Both the position numbers and the translations under genes were made by a program. Of a stretch of 64,000 nt of DNA, positions 20,306-30,433 are shown one piece after another; the stretch's first letter is position 1, and each line of letters begins with the position of its first letter. This stretch comes from Gemmatimonas sp. GTDB taxonomy: Bacteria > Gemmatimonadota > Gemmatimonadetes > Gemmatimonadales > Gemmatimonadaceae. The notes beneath the pieces were generated by a model. It was not told where the DNA came from. It saw only the letters and a program-made list of their open reading frames with translations, and did no database searches. Location: NCBI GenBank assembly GCA_965279375.1, contig OZ257156.1, positions 1,152,001-1,216,000 of the forward strand, in the 5' to 3' direction.

Positions 20306-21745
20306 TCAGGCGACAACGGGCGCAGCGGACGACGCCGTTTCGGCATCGGCCGGATCGTACACCGTCACGGGGCCGAGTCCAAGCGCAGCGAGCGGTTCGC
20401 GGATAACGGATGCGTCACCAACGACGACGACCTGCAGGCGCGCCGGATCGAGATGCGTCTGCGCCACACGCAGGACATCGGCCGCGGTGACCGCTCGCAC
20501 GCGCTCACGATAGTTGTCGAAGTAGTTCGACGGCAGGCGGAAGATTTCCACGTTGGCGAGACCGCCAGCCACTTCGGCCGTCGTTTCGAACCGAATGGGG
20601 AACACGCCCACCAGATAGTCCGTCGCCAACGACAGCTCGGCGTCGGTCACCGGCGCCTCGCGAATGCGCGCGAACTCTATCTGGATTTCACGAAGCGCAT
20701 CGGCGGTGACAGCGGTCTCCACTGCCGTCGAGATCTCGAAGGGACTCGCTGCACGTCGCCAATCGAACGCGGAATGCGCGCCGTACGTGTACGCGTGCAC
20801 TTCGCGCAGGTTGAGATTGAGCCGCGACGAGAAGAGTCCGCCGAGGATCGCGTTCATGACGATGAGCGGGAAGTAGTCATCGTGCAGACGCGGCACGGCC
20901 ACATGTCCGACGCGCAGCTCTGACTGCGGGGCATCGGACTTGTCGATGATATGCACGCGCGGTTCGCGGAAACGCGGCAGGTCGAGTGGCTCGGTGACCT
21001 CTGGCGCCGTGCCCGCCCAGTCGCCGAAGTAGCGCGACGCATGGCGCACCGCGTCATCGACGGTGATGTCACCAACCACCATCAGCGCAGTGGAGTTGGG
21101 GCGATAGAACTGCGAGTGGTACTGCGCCGTGCGGTCATGCGTGATGCGCTCGATGCTTGCTTCGTCGCCGCCGGCAAGTCGCGCGAAGCGCGAATCGCCA
21201 TTGTAGAGCAACCGCGAGAAGAAGACATCGGCGAGTCCGCGCGGTTCGGCGCGCAGCTGCGCGAGATCAGCGAGCCGTTCGGCGCGCAACCGATCGAGTT
21301 CGCTCTCGGGGAATGCGGGGAAGCGCAGCACTTCGGCCAGCACCGCGAACGCGTCTTCCACGCGTGACGCGAGCGACGTGAGTTGCACGATCGCCGAATC
21401 CCAGTCGGCGCCAGTGTCGAGTGTGGTGCCCAGCGTTTCCAGTCGTTCGGCCAACTGCAGCGCATTCATGTCGCGCGTGCCTTCCGCGAGCGCGCGCGTG
21501 GTCATCTGCGCAAGTCCTTCGGCGTCGCGGGGATCGCGGGTCGCGCCGGCTTCCACGACCGCCAGCATCGTCACCACCGGATAGGCCGCCACCGGGGACA
21601 CGATGATGCGCAGGCCATTGGCCAGGATGCGCGTTTCGAACGACGGGAAGTGATACGGACGCGGAGGCGCTGCGTGTGGGCGTGGCGGTGCACCGGCCTT
21701 CATCACCGCGCGCTCGGCGGTCGTGTCACTTGTTGTGTCACTCAT
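20306..21745 (-). CDS. M16 (pitrilysin) peptidase, non-catalytic subunit
   Basis: LANGL and LGGLFSSRLNLNLRE...YTYG motifs; lacks HXXEH. Confidence 0.9.
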   Translation of the reverse strand: MSDTTSDTTAERAVMKAGAPPRPHAAPPRPYHFPSFETRILANGLRIIVSPVAAYPVVTMLAVVEAGATRDPRDAEGLAQMTTRALAEGTRDMNALQLAERLETLGTTLDTGADWDSAIVQLTSLASRVEDAFAVLAEVLRFPAFPESELDRLRAERLADLAQLRAEPRGLADVFFSRLLYNGDSRFARLAGGDEASIERITHDRTAQYHSQFYRPNSTALMVVGDITVDDAVRHASRYFGDWAGTAPEVTEPLDLPRFREPRVHIIDKSDAPQSELRVGHVAVPRLHDDYFPLIVMNAILGGLFSSRLNLNLREVHAYTYGAHSAFDWRRAASPFEISTAVETAVTADALREIQIEFARIREAPVTDAELSLATDYLVGVFPIRFETTAEVAGGLANVEIFRLPSNYFDNYRERVRAVTAADVLRVAQTHLDPARLQVVVVGDASVIREPLAALGLGPVTVYDPADAETASSAAPVVA

Positions 21746-23055
21746 GCGCCCACCTCAACGCCTTCGTGCGACGATTCCGCGTCGGCCGTTTCTTCGGCGG
21801 GCACGAACAGCAACAGTGCCCGATTGTCCGGGCCGAGTCGCTCGCGCACGAGCGCGGTCACATCGGCGGCGGTGACTTGCTGATAGCGCGCGACCTGTTC
21901 GTTGGCGAGAGAGGCGTCTCCAAAATAGGTCGCAAAGCGCGAAAGCTGATCGGCGCGTTCCGCGGCGGACTGCAGGCTGGTCACGAAGCTCGTTTCGATG
22001 AGCGCGCGCGCACGGGCGACCTCCGCCTCGGTCACGCCGTTGGTGTGGAGCAGATCGAGTTCGGCGAGCACGGCGCGTTCGAGGGCGTCCGGTGTCACAT
22101 CAGGGTGCGCGGTGACGTCCACCACCAACAGATCGCTGCCCTTGGCGAGATCATAGGTGAATGCCGTGGCTTGCGAGGCAACACGTTGTCCGCGCACGAG
22201 TGATTGCTCGAGTCGGCAGCCGGTGCGCAGTCCCAGGACCGCCGCGGCCAGACTTGCGGCGTAGTAGCCATCGGTCCCAAAGACCGGTGTGCGACAGGCG
22301 ACGAGCAGTCGAGGTAGCGCCACCGCATCGGCTACCACTTCGCGTAGGGTCGTTCCAAAAACGGGGGTTACTGACATATCGCGCAGCGGCGGGCGCGCAC
22401 TGCCGGCGGCGATCGGACCGAAGTACTCCTCGATCAGCCGCATGGCCTCGGTGCGCTCGAAATCACCAGCGATGGTGAGCACTGCGTTGTCTGGCGTGTA
22501 GTACGTGCTGAAAAACTCCGCCACGTCTTCGAGCGACGCGTCCGAGAGATGCTCCATCGAACCGATCAGCGAGTGATGGAACGGATGGCCTTCGGGGAAG
22601 CAGAGTGCGGGGAGGCGCTCCCACCACGTGCCGTAGGGCTGGTTGTCGACCGACCAGCGCCGCTCGTTCTTGACCACGTCGCGTTGCGTGTCGAGCTTCA
22701 CTTGCGTCAGCGCAGGGAGCATGCGTCCCATGCGGTCCGCTTCCAGCCAGAGCGCAATCGCGAGTTGGTTGGAGGGCAGTGTTTCGTAGTAGTTTGTCCG
22801 ATCGAGCCACGTCGAACCATTGAGCGTACCGCCGGCCCGCTGCACCAGTTCGAAATGTTCGTTCGCCTCGACGTTCGCCGAACCCTGAAACAGCATGTGT
22901 TCGAACAGATGGGCAAAGCCGGTTCGCTCTGGACGTTCGTTCGCCGAACCGACGTGATACCACAAGTTGACCGCGACGATCGGCGCTGTGTGATCTTGGG
23001 AAAGCACCACATGCAGGCCGTTCGGGAGGCGGTAGCTCTCGACAGGAATGCGCAT
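21742..23055 (-). CDS. M16 peptidase, catalytic subunit
   Basis: WYHVGS and GFAHLFEH (HXXEH); ATGA overlap with its partner. Confidence 0.93.
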   Translation of the reverse strand: MRIPVESYRLPNGLHVVLSQDHTAPIVAVNLWYHVGSANERPERTGFAHLFEHMLFQGSANVEANEHFELVQRAGGTLNGSTWLDRTNYYETLPSNQLAIALWLEADRMGRMLPALTQVKLDTQRDVVKNERRWSVDNQPYGTWWERLPALCFPEGHPFHHSLIGSMEHLSDASLEDVAEFFSTYYTPDNAVLTIAGDFERTEAMRLIEEYFGPIAAGSARPPLRDMSVTPVFGTTLREVVADAVALPRLLVACRTPVFGTDGYYAASLAAAVLGLRTGCRLEQSLVRGQRVASQATAFTYDLAKGSDLLVVDVTAHPDVTPDALERAVLAELDLLHTNGVTEAEVARARALIETSFVTSLQSAAERADQLSRFATYFGDASLANEQVARYQQVTAADVTALVRERLGPDNRALLLFVPAEETADAESSHEGVEVGA

Positions 23056-23207
23056 GACCCAATATTGGTAGTGGGGTCACGAACGCCGTAAGCCCGTTGC
23101 AAAATCCTGCGACATCTGGCACCGCTTCATGTCGCCAGGCGACGCGTGACCACCGTGCGCCGTTCCGCTGTCCGCCTTTTCGCGCGACTCCCTTCGAAGC
23201 TCTGCAC

Positions 23208-25055
23208 ATGCCTGCCTCCATCGCACGCCGCCCCGTCCGTCTGCGTCATGCCACTCTGCTCCTCGCGTGTGCCGTCATCGGTACGGCGTGCGGTGACGAC
23301 CGGCAGGTGCCCACCACGGCGGCGCCCACGACGTCGCTGACGTCCACCGCAGTCGTCGCCAGCGGCGTTGCCGCGATCCCAACGGTCAAGATCCTCGATG
23401 CCAAGGGCAAGGCGATCAAGAACGTCATGGTGCGCTGGCGCGTTACCGCGGGCGGCGGGCGCGTGGTCAACGACTCCATCCGCACATCGCCCGCCGGCGA
23501 AGCCAGCTCCGGTGGCTGGACGCTGGGCGTTGTGGCCGGCACGCAGACGCTGCAGGCCACCGCCGACGGCATCAGTGCGCCGGTGACGTTCGTCGCCGAC
23601 GCTGCCGCCGGACCGCCAGCACGCGTGGTCCGCACCAACGGCGACGCGCAGCAAGCCGTCGTCAACACCAACACCAGCGTCGCTCCCGCCGCACGCGTGG
23701 AAGACGAGTTCGGCAATCCGGTCGCGTCGGTCGCCGTCTCCTTCAGCGCGGGTGAGGGCGGCTCCATCACCGGCGCGACGCAGACCACCAACGCACAGGG
23801 TGTGGCCACTGCCGGCGGCTGGAAGCTGGGCACGGCCGCGGGCGCGCAAACGGCGCGCGCCACGGTCACCAACGTGGGACAGGCCACCTTCACGGCGACG
23901 GCGATTCCCGGACCACCGGCGGATCTCGTCAAAGCCGGTGGCGACAATCAGGCGGGACTCAACAACGCCGCGATCTCCACGCCGCCCGGTGTCCGTGTCG
24001 TCGATCAGTTCAACAATCCGATCGGCAACATTCCCATCACCTTCACGCCGGGCGCGAACTCCGGCACCGTGACCGGCGGCGTCGCTGCCACGGATCCCGC
24101 CACGGGCGTTGCCTTTGTGGGGGCGTGGGTGCTGGGCGATTCGCCGACGCAGACGCTCGTCGCCGCGAGCAGCCTGCTCCCGGGCAAGACGGTGACCTTC
24201 ACAGCCGCGGCCACGATCTCGCTCTTCAACATCGATCTGCGCTTCATCGGCGACGGCGGCACTCCACGTCAGCGCGAAGCCTTCACCAAGGCTGCCGCCA
24301 AGTGGCGCAAGATCATCGTCGGCCATGTGCATGACGTGCGCATCAACGCCACCGCCGGCCGCTGTGCGTCGTGGATTCCGGCCATCGATGAAGTCATCAG
24401 CGATGTGATCATCTACGCGCGGATCACCTCCATCGACGGCGCCGGCAAGATTCTCGCGCAGGCCGGACCGTGCAGCGTCAGCACCGCGTCGCGGCTCTCG
24501 CTGTACGGACTGATGGAGTTCGACCTCGACGACATGCCATCGCTGCTGGCCAACGGCACGATCGACGACGTCGTGCTGCACGAGATGGGACACGTGCTCG
24601 GCGTTGGCACGCTGTGGAACGGATTTGGACGTGCGCTGCTCACGGGCGCCGGCACGGCGGATCCGTTCTTCAACGGCGCCGGTGCGCGCGCCGAGTTCGC
24701 GGGCATCGGCGGCATCATCTACTCCGGCACGCCAGTCCCGGTCGAGAACACCGGTGGCGCTGGTACGCGTGACAGCCACTGGCGCAATTCGCTCTTCGGC
24801 CGAGAGCTCATGCAGGGCTTCGCGTCGGCCGGCGGCATGCCGCTCAGCCGGCTCACCGCCGCGTCGCTCGCTGACCTGGGCTACATCGTCGCGCTCAACA
24901 ACGCGGACACGTTCCGCTTTGCCGGATCACTGCGCGATGGCTTCTTCCCGCAGACGATGCTCGACAACGACGTGCTGAACCTGCCCATCTACGAAGTGGA
25001 CGGCACCGGTCGCGAACGCCCGTCGCGCAACGCACCAGCGGTTCGCAAACCGTAG
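23208..25055 (+). CDS. Lipoprotein with three Ig-like repeats and a leishmanolysin (M8)-like metalloprotease domain
   Basis: Lipobox IGTAC; repeated GWxLG modules; LAQAGPC, HEMGHVLG and SHW...ELM motifs. Confidence 0.8.
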   Translation: MPASIARRPVRLRHATLLLACAVIGTACGDDRQVPTTAAPTTSLTSTAVVASGVAAIPTVKILDAKGKAIKNVMVRWRVTAGGGRVVNDSIRTSPAGEASSGGWTLGVVAGTQTLQATADGISAPVTFVADAAAGPPARVVRTNGDAQQAVVNTNTSVAPAARVEDEFGNPVASVAVSFSAGEGGSITGATQTTNAQGVATAGGWKLGTAAGAQTARATVTNVGQATFTATAIPGPPADLVKAGGDNQAGLNNAAISTPPGVRVVDQFNNPIGNIPITFTPGANSGTVTGGVAATDPATGVAFVGAWVLGDSPTQTLVAASSLLPGKTVTFTAAATISLFNIDLRFIGDGGTPRQREAFTKAAAKWRKIIVGHVHDVRINATAGRCASWIPAIDEVISDVIIYARITSIDGAGKILAQAGPCSVSTASRLSLYGLMEFDLDDMPSLLANGTIDDVVLHEMGHVLGVGTLWNGFGRALLTGAGTADPFFNGAGARAEFAGIGGIIYSGTPVPVENTGGAGTRDSHWRNSLFGRELMQGFASAGGMPLSRLTAASLADLGYIVALNNADTFRFAGSLRDGFFPQTMLDNDVLNLPIYEVDGTGRERPSRNAPAVRKP

Positions 25056-25181
25056 CCAGCGGTTGCTGTCGCGGAAGCGTCCAGACGGCGCCTCTCCGCA
25101 CAGCACGACGCAGCCACGCAGGCTGCAGCCACGCGCGACGTGGCGACGCGCCCCCAACCTCGACGCGATCCGGTTTCGTGA

Positions 25182-25892
25182 TCAGCCGTCGGCGTTGGGG
25201 GCGCTGCTGTGTCCGTTGAGGTGCAGCCAGAGCAACAGCGCAAGATCCGCCGGCAATGCGATCGACTCGCGCAGGATGTACTCGATTGCGACGGATCGGT
25301 TGGCCGAGATCGGACTCGTGCGCGTAGGCGACGAGAGCGGATCGAGTCCATGCAATCGCGCCAACAGATCGAGCCGCAGCATGTGGAACGGATCGCTGAC
25401 CAATAACACACGCGGCCGATCGCGCATCGCGCCGATGTCGTTGCCGCCTGCCGCTCCACGTCGCGCGCGCAACGAGTCATGTTCCGCACGCAACAGCACC
25501 GCGGCACCGTGGATGGACGCGAGCGACGTGCGACCGGTCTTCTCGAGGAGAATTGCGCCGTTGGGCACACCACGCCGCATCACATAGCGGCGACCGGCGG
25601 CCGCTTCACTCAGCAGATCGCCCTGCCGCTGACCACCGGTCAGCACGATGCGCGGAGCCCGCGCATGCTGCCACAGATCGAGTGCGTGATCGAGCCGGGC
25701 GCTCAGCACGCGCGACGGACGACCGCTGTACTGCGCCGCTCCCAGCACCACGATCGCGTCGGCCTTGCCATCCGACGAACGCAGCGACCAACCGACGATC
25801 GCCGCGAGACAAACGACCCAACCCGTGATCAGGAGGGCGAGCGCGCGCATGGCGAAGCTGCGTAGTCCACCGCGCGAAGCTCGTCGAGACAT
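25182..25892 (-). CDS. YdcF/SanA (DUF218) family protein
   Basis: ADAIVVLGAA, RLD.A, TGG, SEA and VSDPFHM motifs. Confidence 0.9.
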   Translation of the reverse strand: MSRRASRGGLRSFAMRALALLITGWVVCLAAIVGWSLRSSDGKADAIVVLGAAQYSGRPSRVLSARLDHALDLWQHARAPRIVLTGGQRQGDLLSEAAAGRRYVMRRGVPNGAILLEKTGRTSLASIHGAAVLLRAEHDSLRARRGAAGGNDIGAMRDRPRVLLVSDPFHMLRLDLLARLHGLDPLSSPTRTSPISANRSVAIEYILRESIALPADLALLLWLHLNGHSSAPNADG

Positions 25893-25915
25893 GATGAGCG
25901 CAAGTTAGTGGACGG

Positions 25916-27313
25916 TCAGATGGTGCGCACATCCCCCGGCGCGGGCGCATCCACCGTGTACCCACCGCCACGCAGCGACTCGGCAAATGCCTCCTGCGAC
26001 GCGCGCTCGCCGTGCACCAGATGCACGCGTGGCTGTCCACGTCCGTCCTTCACTCCACCTGCGCGGACCTCGTCCAGCCAATGGCGCAGCTCGGTACGAT
26101 CACCATGCGCGCTATAGCCGTTCAGTACCTCCACCTGCGCGGCCAACTCCACGTCGTCCCCCAGCACGCGCAACAGCGGGCGTCGTTCGACGATGCGACG
26201 GCCAAGCGTATGCTCCGCCTGGAAGCCCACGATCAGAATCGTGTTGCGCGGATCGCTGGCGCCATTGCGCAGGTGATGCAGAATGCGCCCAGACTCCGCC
26301 ATCCCGGAGGCCGCGATGATGATCATCGGACCGTGCGCCGCGTTGAGCGCTTTCGATTCGCGCACGTCGCGCGTGAATCGCACCAGCGGAAACGCAAACA
26401 GATCCGGCGTCTCGCGCACTAACGCCTCGCTGCGATCGTACACCTCGGGGTGCATCGCGAATACGTCGGTGGCATTGATGGCCAGCGGCGAATCGACGAT
26501 CACCGGAATGCTGGGGATCTTTCCTTCGCGCAACAGCGCGTGCAGATCGTACACGAGTTCCTGCGTGCGTCCCACCGCAAACGCCGGAATGAGAATGCGC
26601 CCACCGCGCGCCGCCGTTTCGCGCACCACGCGGGCGAGATGCTCACGCGCGCCTTCCACCGATTCGTGATCGCGATCGCCGTAGGTGGACTCACACAGAA
26701 TCACGTCGGCCCCACCGCCGGGCGCCTCGGGATCGCGAATGATCGGCAGCCCCGATCGTCCGATGTCGCCGGAGAAAACGATGCGCTTCATCTCGTTCCC
26801 TTCCCGCGCTTCGATTACCACGCAGGCCGAACCGAGGATGTGCCCCGCGTCGGTGTACATCGCGCGCACGCCGTCGGTGACGTTGAACCATTTGTGGTAC
26901 GGCATGCCGACGATGCACTCCTGAGTGCGAGTCGCGTCGGCCATCGTGTAGAGCGGTGCGGCATGCGGCCGGCCGTGTCGCTCGAGAAAATCGGCGTCCT
27001 TTTCCTGGATATGCGCCGAGTCGGCGAGCATGACGGCGCAGAGGTCACGCGTGGCGGCGGTCGACCAGATGGTTTGCTTGAAGCCCTGATTCACCAAAAA
27101 GGGCAGGCGGCCAGCGTGGTCGATGTGCGCATGGGACAGAATCACCGCATCGATTTCATCGATCGGGAGCGGCAGGCGCGCGTTCTTGTCGCGGCTTTCG
27201 GCGCGTCGTCCCTGAAACATCCCGCAATCGAGAAGTACGGTGCGTGTCCCAACACGCAGGATGTGGCACGATCCGGTGACTTCCTGTGCGGCACCGCTGA
27301 ACTCGATCTGCAC
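25916..27313 (-). CDS. Metallo-beta-lactamase/beta-CASP ribonuclease
   Basis: VTGS, SHAHIDH, AGHILGS, FSGDIG, ESTYG, GYSAH and LVHGE motifs. Confidence 0.92.
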   Translation of the reverse strand: MQIEFSGAAQEVTGSCHILRVGTRTVLLDCGMFQGRRAESRDKNARLPLPIDEIDAVILSHAHIDHAGRLPFLVNQGFKQTIWSTAATRDLCAVMLADSAHIQEKDADFLERHGRPHAAPLYTMADATRTQECIVGMPYHKWFNVTDGVRAMYTDAGHILGSACVVIEAREGNEMKRIVFSGDIGRSGLPIIRDPEAPGGGADVILCESTYGDRDHESVEGAREHLARVVRETAARGGRILIPAFAVGRTQELVYDLHALLREGKIPSIPVIVDSPLAINATDVFAMHPEVYDRSEALVRETPDLFAFPLVRFTRDVRESKALNAAHGPMIIIAASGMAESGRILHHLRNGASDPRNTILIVGFQAEHTLGRRIVERRPLLRVLGDDVELAAQVEVLNGYSAHGDRTELRHWLDEVRAGGVKDGRGQPRVHLVHGERASQEAFAESLRGGGYTVDAPAPGDVRTI

Positions 27314-27343
27314 TCCGCCTCCATCTGGTGGGAGGCGCGAGAC

Positions 27344-27673
27344 TCAGACGCTCAACAGTTTCTGCTGCGCCTCGAGCTGTGCCTCAATTCGTCCGCACAT
27401 GAGGTCGCACAGCTTGAGGACGGTGCGATCGGCGAGGGCATAATACACAAAGAGCCCTTCCTTGCGTCGCTTTACAAAGCCGAGCGCATGCAAAACCTGC
27501 AAGTGCTTGGAGACGTTCGCCTGCCCTAGGCCCGTCTCTTCGACCAGCTCGTTGACCGACATTTCGCGCGACTGCAGCGCCGTGAGCAGTTGCAGCCGTG
27601 CGGGTTCCGAGAGCGCCTTGAAGCGTTCCGCGATCATTCGAAGCACATCGGCAGAGAGCGGCGTCCGCCCCAT
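27344..27673 (-). CDS. ArsR/SmtB family regulator
   Basis: FKALSEPARL and SVNEL...QANVSKHL winged HTH. Confidence 0.92.
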   Translation of the reverse strand: MGRTPLSADVLRMIAERFKALSEPARLQLLTALQSREMSVNELVEETGLGQANVSKHLQVLHALGFVKRRKEGLFVYYALADRTVLKLCDLMCGRIEAQLEAQQKLLSV

Positions 27674-27829
27674 AGTCAGCCATCCCTCACGCAGTCGTCA
27701 TCGCGCAAACGTCCGACTGGGAACCGTCGCGGTCCCGCACGAAAGAGGGACAGGGCAACGTAGCGACTCGACGAACTCGTGTGCAGTAGCCTCCCTCACG
27801 CCAAGTGCTAAGAATTTCAACTGAGAACT

Positions 27830-29386
<1,557 letters not shown>

Positions 29387-29406
29387 GTCCGAAGTCCTGG
29401 TCATAC

Positions 29407-29545
29407 GTTGAAAAACAAAAAAGGCGCGGGTCCACCCCCCGACAGGGAGCGAACACTCGCGCCTTCAACTGCCGGAGACTTTCTCTCCGGTCGTCAAGGT
29501 TGGCCGATCAAGCGGCCTTTTTACTTTGCGTTTCGTTGTACTGCT
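29407..29545 (-). ncRNA. Candidate structured sRNA or attenuator leader
   Basis: A-rich 5' tract, two short hairpins, and a long terminator hairpin with TTTTTTGTTTTT. Confidence 0.45.
29411..29465 (-). terminator. Intrinsic terminator immediately upstream of the sigma54 activator gene
   Basis: AAGGCGCG...CGCGCC stem followed by TTTTTTGTTTTT. Confidence 0.8.
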
Positions 29546-29710
29546 GTTAGTGAATATGCCGACTCACACGGCAATAGCAAGTGAAGAGCAGACGACCTGA
29601 GGGTCGTGGATCACACCATCTGCGTCACGACTGATCTCGACCTGCTTGCTCGCACGTGCCGATTGCTGCGTCGTTTCGCTGCGCCGTGGGATGCGGGTTC
29701 GAACGCGCGT

Positions 29711-30433
29711 TCAGACGTGCTTGCTGAGCAACTCCAACCGGTGACGCAGGTCGCCAAGCGCCTTCGACTTGAATGTGCTCCGCGTGTCCTCAAGGACGGC
29801 GATGGTATCGTCGATCGCTTGCTGCAGCTGCGCGCCACGCGGACAGTTGATGAGCTGACAGGGGTGCGACTGCGCGTCGCCTTTGCCCGCAAGCGCCTGG
29901 CCCAGATGTTCGAGATCCGACAAGGATCCCATCACGTTGCGCAGCGTCATCGCCAGAAACAGGTCAACGCCGCTCCTGGCCTCGTCCGCCGCCGCCGGCA
30001 GCACGTCGAGTTTGCGTCGATACTCTCGCAGCCGCGCCTCGGTGTCCTGCATCGTTTGATACGATCGAAAGCGCGCCACTGCCGCCGACACGCGCGCGAG
30101 CAACAGCGTGAAGTCCACCGGTTTCACGAGATACGCCGTGACCGGCAGCTCGATGCACGCGACTGCAGAACGCACCGACGGAAATCCGGTGATGATGATG
30201 ATCGGCAGGCCGCCACTCAGGTGCGACACCTGCTGTACGAGATCGAGATCGGCGTTCCCCGGCATCTCGAGATCGGTGATCAGCAGATCGTATGAGGCCT
30301 TCGCGATGGCACTGACGGCCTGCGGCGCGTCCTCCACCGTCTCCACCGTGTACCCCTCGCCGCGCAGCAACTCCGCGGTGGAGTGCAGAAAAGTCGGCTC
30401 ATCATCGGCAATGAGAATGCGGCCGCGACTCAT
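29711..30433 (-). CDS. Response regulator with unrecognised helical output domain
   Basis: ILIADDE, LITDLEMPG, IITG and YLVKP motifs; ATGA overlap with the kinase. Confidence 0.9.
   Translation of the reverse strand: MSRGRILIADDEPTFLHSTAELLRGEGYTVETVEDAPQAVSAIAKASYDLLITDLEMPGNADLDLVQQVSHLSGGLPIIIITGFPSVRSAVACIELPVTAYLVKPVDFTLLLARVSAAVARFRSYQTMQDTEARLREYRRKLDVLPAAADEARSGVDLFLAMTLRNVMGSLSDLEHLGQALAGKGDAQSHPCQLINCPRGAQLQQAIDDTIAVLEDTRSTFKSKALGDLRHRLELLSKHV

Noticed and set aside
27727..27760. GTCCC...GAAAGA-GGGAC hairpin resembling a riboswitch fragment
   Set aside because: Wrong strand for the downstream gene, and the flanking consensus is absent.
29500..29545. ACGCAAAG...GGCC resembling a c-di-GMP-I riboswitch
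   Set aside because: Lacks the GGCAAAC segment and GNRA-capped stem of that class; kept only as an unclassified RNA candidate.
30120..30135. parS-like GGTTTCACGAGATACG
   Set aside because: Two core mismatches, and explained by the YLVKP codons; I saw no convincing parS in the window.
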